Positions 62,184 through 64,000 of a stretch of 64,000 nucleotides of DNA are shown piece by piece (position 1 is the stretch's first letter; every line of letters begins with the position of its first letter). Source of the stretch: Amphiscolops sp. MND2022 (taxonomy: Eukaryota). The notes beneath the pieces are model-generated. The model searched no databases. It saw only the letters and a program-made list of their open reading frames with translations, and was not told the origin of the DNA. Location: assembly GCA_964187785.1 (NCBI GenBank), contig OZ076414.1, positions 71,920,001 to 71,984,000 of the forward strand. The letters are read 5' to 3'. The position numbers were made by a program, and so were the translations under genes.

Positions 62184-64000
62184 TTATTCTGTTTTGTTGT
62201 CTGTTTTGTGAGGGTGTTCTAGATTGTGATCTGTAATCTCTTGGTCTGGATGGAGATTTATGCGGGTAATTATATTGTCATAAGGTGTTTCCTTGTGATT
62301 GAGAACGAGATCTATATCTTGATCGAGAATTGTATCGATAATTGGAGTTGTTTCTGTATGGTGATCTATATGGAGATCTGGATGGAGTTTTTCTTTGATA
62401 ATGATTATCATATCGGGATCTAGATTGGTATGGGCTTTGAGATCTATTGTAATATCTTTGTCGAGAACTAGATCGATTTCTATTTTGTGAATAATCTCTA
62501 CTATTACTTCGGTATCTGTCGTTATTTCTATATCGGTCATTGTGGTAGGAGTAGTTCTATTATGGTCATTATCTTTAGAAGAATAATCATTTTTATTTTC
62601 ACTTCGATTTTCTTGTGAATTACTGGGTTTACTACGGAAGTATTGTACAAAGGTTTGTTGAGGAGATCTTGATCTCTGATTTTTATATCTTTGATATTCT
62701 TCATCGCGTTGTTTTTGATAACAATTTGAAACACCATGATTGTTTTTATGACAATAAGAACAAATATTTTTGTAGGCTGGTTTACTTTTGTTATTTGGGT
62801 CTCCGGATTGAGTAACCATTATATGGTCATTTTCTGATTTTTTGTTGTTAGTATCATCTTCAATTGATACTTTGTTTATTTCTAAAGCTAAGTCATTTGT
62901 CCTTATTTTTTCATTAGCGATGTCTTCAAAATTAACATGTCGAACAAGTGTGTGGAATGGTATTGATGGTTCAAGTAATGTTGAAACATGTTTAACTGGT
63001 CTTTTGTGAGCAAAATCTTTTTACTTTTTAGGTAATCTTTTTGTGAAAATTTCGTTGTTTTTGAGATTTATGGTAGCTGCATTTTCATGGCACCATCCTT
63101 TTTTAACTAATTGTTGTACTCTAAGAGCACAATGGCGTACTGTTTCATTATCCTTTTCCATGAGTGACATAGCTTCTACTTGTGCGTAATAAGCTGTTTT
63201 TTGAGATGGAAATTGTTTTTAAACAGTTGTACAAATGAATTCCATTGTTGTTTATATGATACATGGAGATTAGTGTACCAATCAAGAGCTGTTCCAATTA
63301 AAGAACATTGTATATATGCCATGCGTCTATTATGCCATGACCTATATTTTACAGGTTTTTTTCAGGTTCTTCACCTATGGCAAAAGTCAGTCTTGCTTCA
63401 ACTTGTTGTAAATATTCTGCTGGGGTGTAGGAATGGTCTGAACCGTCGAAAGGTTTCATAGGTTCTGGTAATGAAGCTGAAGTATTTATGAATGTATCTT
63501 GGTGGTGACCATGTTTACAGGTGGTGAAATTGTAGTAGGGTTGTAAGTTGTGTGTTGATTCATTTGATATAGAGGGTCAGTAAATATATGTGAAAGTGGA
63601 GGATTTTGGGATCTTCTTTGAGAAGATTGTACAATGTTTGAATAGGATGTTCTTTGATTTTGTGGAGGAAAGTTATTTTATGAGGAATTTGTTTGTAATA
63701 ACTGTGCATATGGGTGGTGTGTCATTAAATTAGTATTATTTTTAGATTGAGAAACATTTTGATTATTGTTTGTTTGAATATTTGTATTAGATGGTGGAAA
63801 CAAGGAGTAATCAAATGGATCATAGTGTTGACTAGAAGTTTGTTGGTTGTTACGATTATTTTCTGGTTGAATTGTTTTATTTCAATGTTTGGAAGCAGAA
63901 GGAAGTGATGGAGGATCATACATAGATCGAGTTATATTTCGTGTATTATTAGAAATAGTCCTTATAGGTGATAAAACATTAACAGAAGTATCACTGATAG
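62184..64000 (-). pseudogene. gag: Gag (capsid region and CCHC nucleocapsid), disrupted (element C)
   Basis: KPFDGSDHSYTPAEYLQQVEARL..LIGTALDWY..WNSFVQLF; zinc knuckle CSYCHKNNHGVSNC. Confidence 0.85.

Larger units (their letters stand above)
54378..64000 (-). mobile_element. Element C: decayed autonomous-type TGTGATGCC-family Ty3/Gypsy with env; 5' end beyond the window, 3' end truncated
   Basis: Gag, PR, RT, RH, IN, accessory ORF and env are colinear on the minus strand; the env overlap with B is 19/21 aa identical. Confidence 0.9.

Noticed and set aside
1-64000. Uni-strand (flamenco-like) piRNA cluster
   Set aside because: Elements occur in both orientations. A dual-strand cluster cannot be judged without small-RNA data.
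1-64000. CRISPR arrays, rRNA, tRNA genes or prokaryotic operons
   Set aside because: No regularly spaced repeats or recognisable structural RNA genes. The only tRNA-related sequence is the Copia PBS and its U5 mimic.

Overview
AT-rich eukaryotic DNA, probably from an invertebrate (the species cannot be determined from the sequence). The window is dominated by nested, mostly decayed LTR retrotransposons, and no complete host gene is evident. Main finding: a Ty3/Gypsy family with TGTGATGCC...GCTCA LTRs, present as four pieces (A 11751-15497 +, solo LTR 24710-25000, B 29396-36841 -, C 54378-64000 -). Together these pieces reconstruct a complex, retrovirus-like genome. The order is a structured leader, two small hydrophobic ORFs, an extended gag with a CCHC knuckle, PR-RT-RH-IN, a ~480-aa accessory ORF, an env resembling chuvirus/herpes-gB-type class III fusion glycoproteins, and ~3.5 kb of further ORF remnants. 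Second finding: a very young Copia element (39047-44259 +) whose 243-bp LTRs differ at one base. Its LTRs have non-canonical TTTCA...TGAAA ends with a 5-bp TTTAC target-site duplication. It also has a half-tRNAiMet PBS paired by U5 and four Gag zinc knuckles. Also present: other decayed Gypsy pol remnants, an internally deleted BEL/Pao element, a 95-bp near-perfect inverted repeat, a zinc-finger ORF remnant, a CAP-domain fragment and a few weakly supported exons. All protein family assignments come from motifs recognised by eye, not from database searches.
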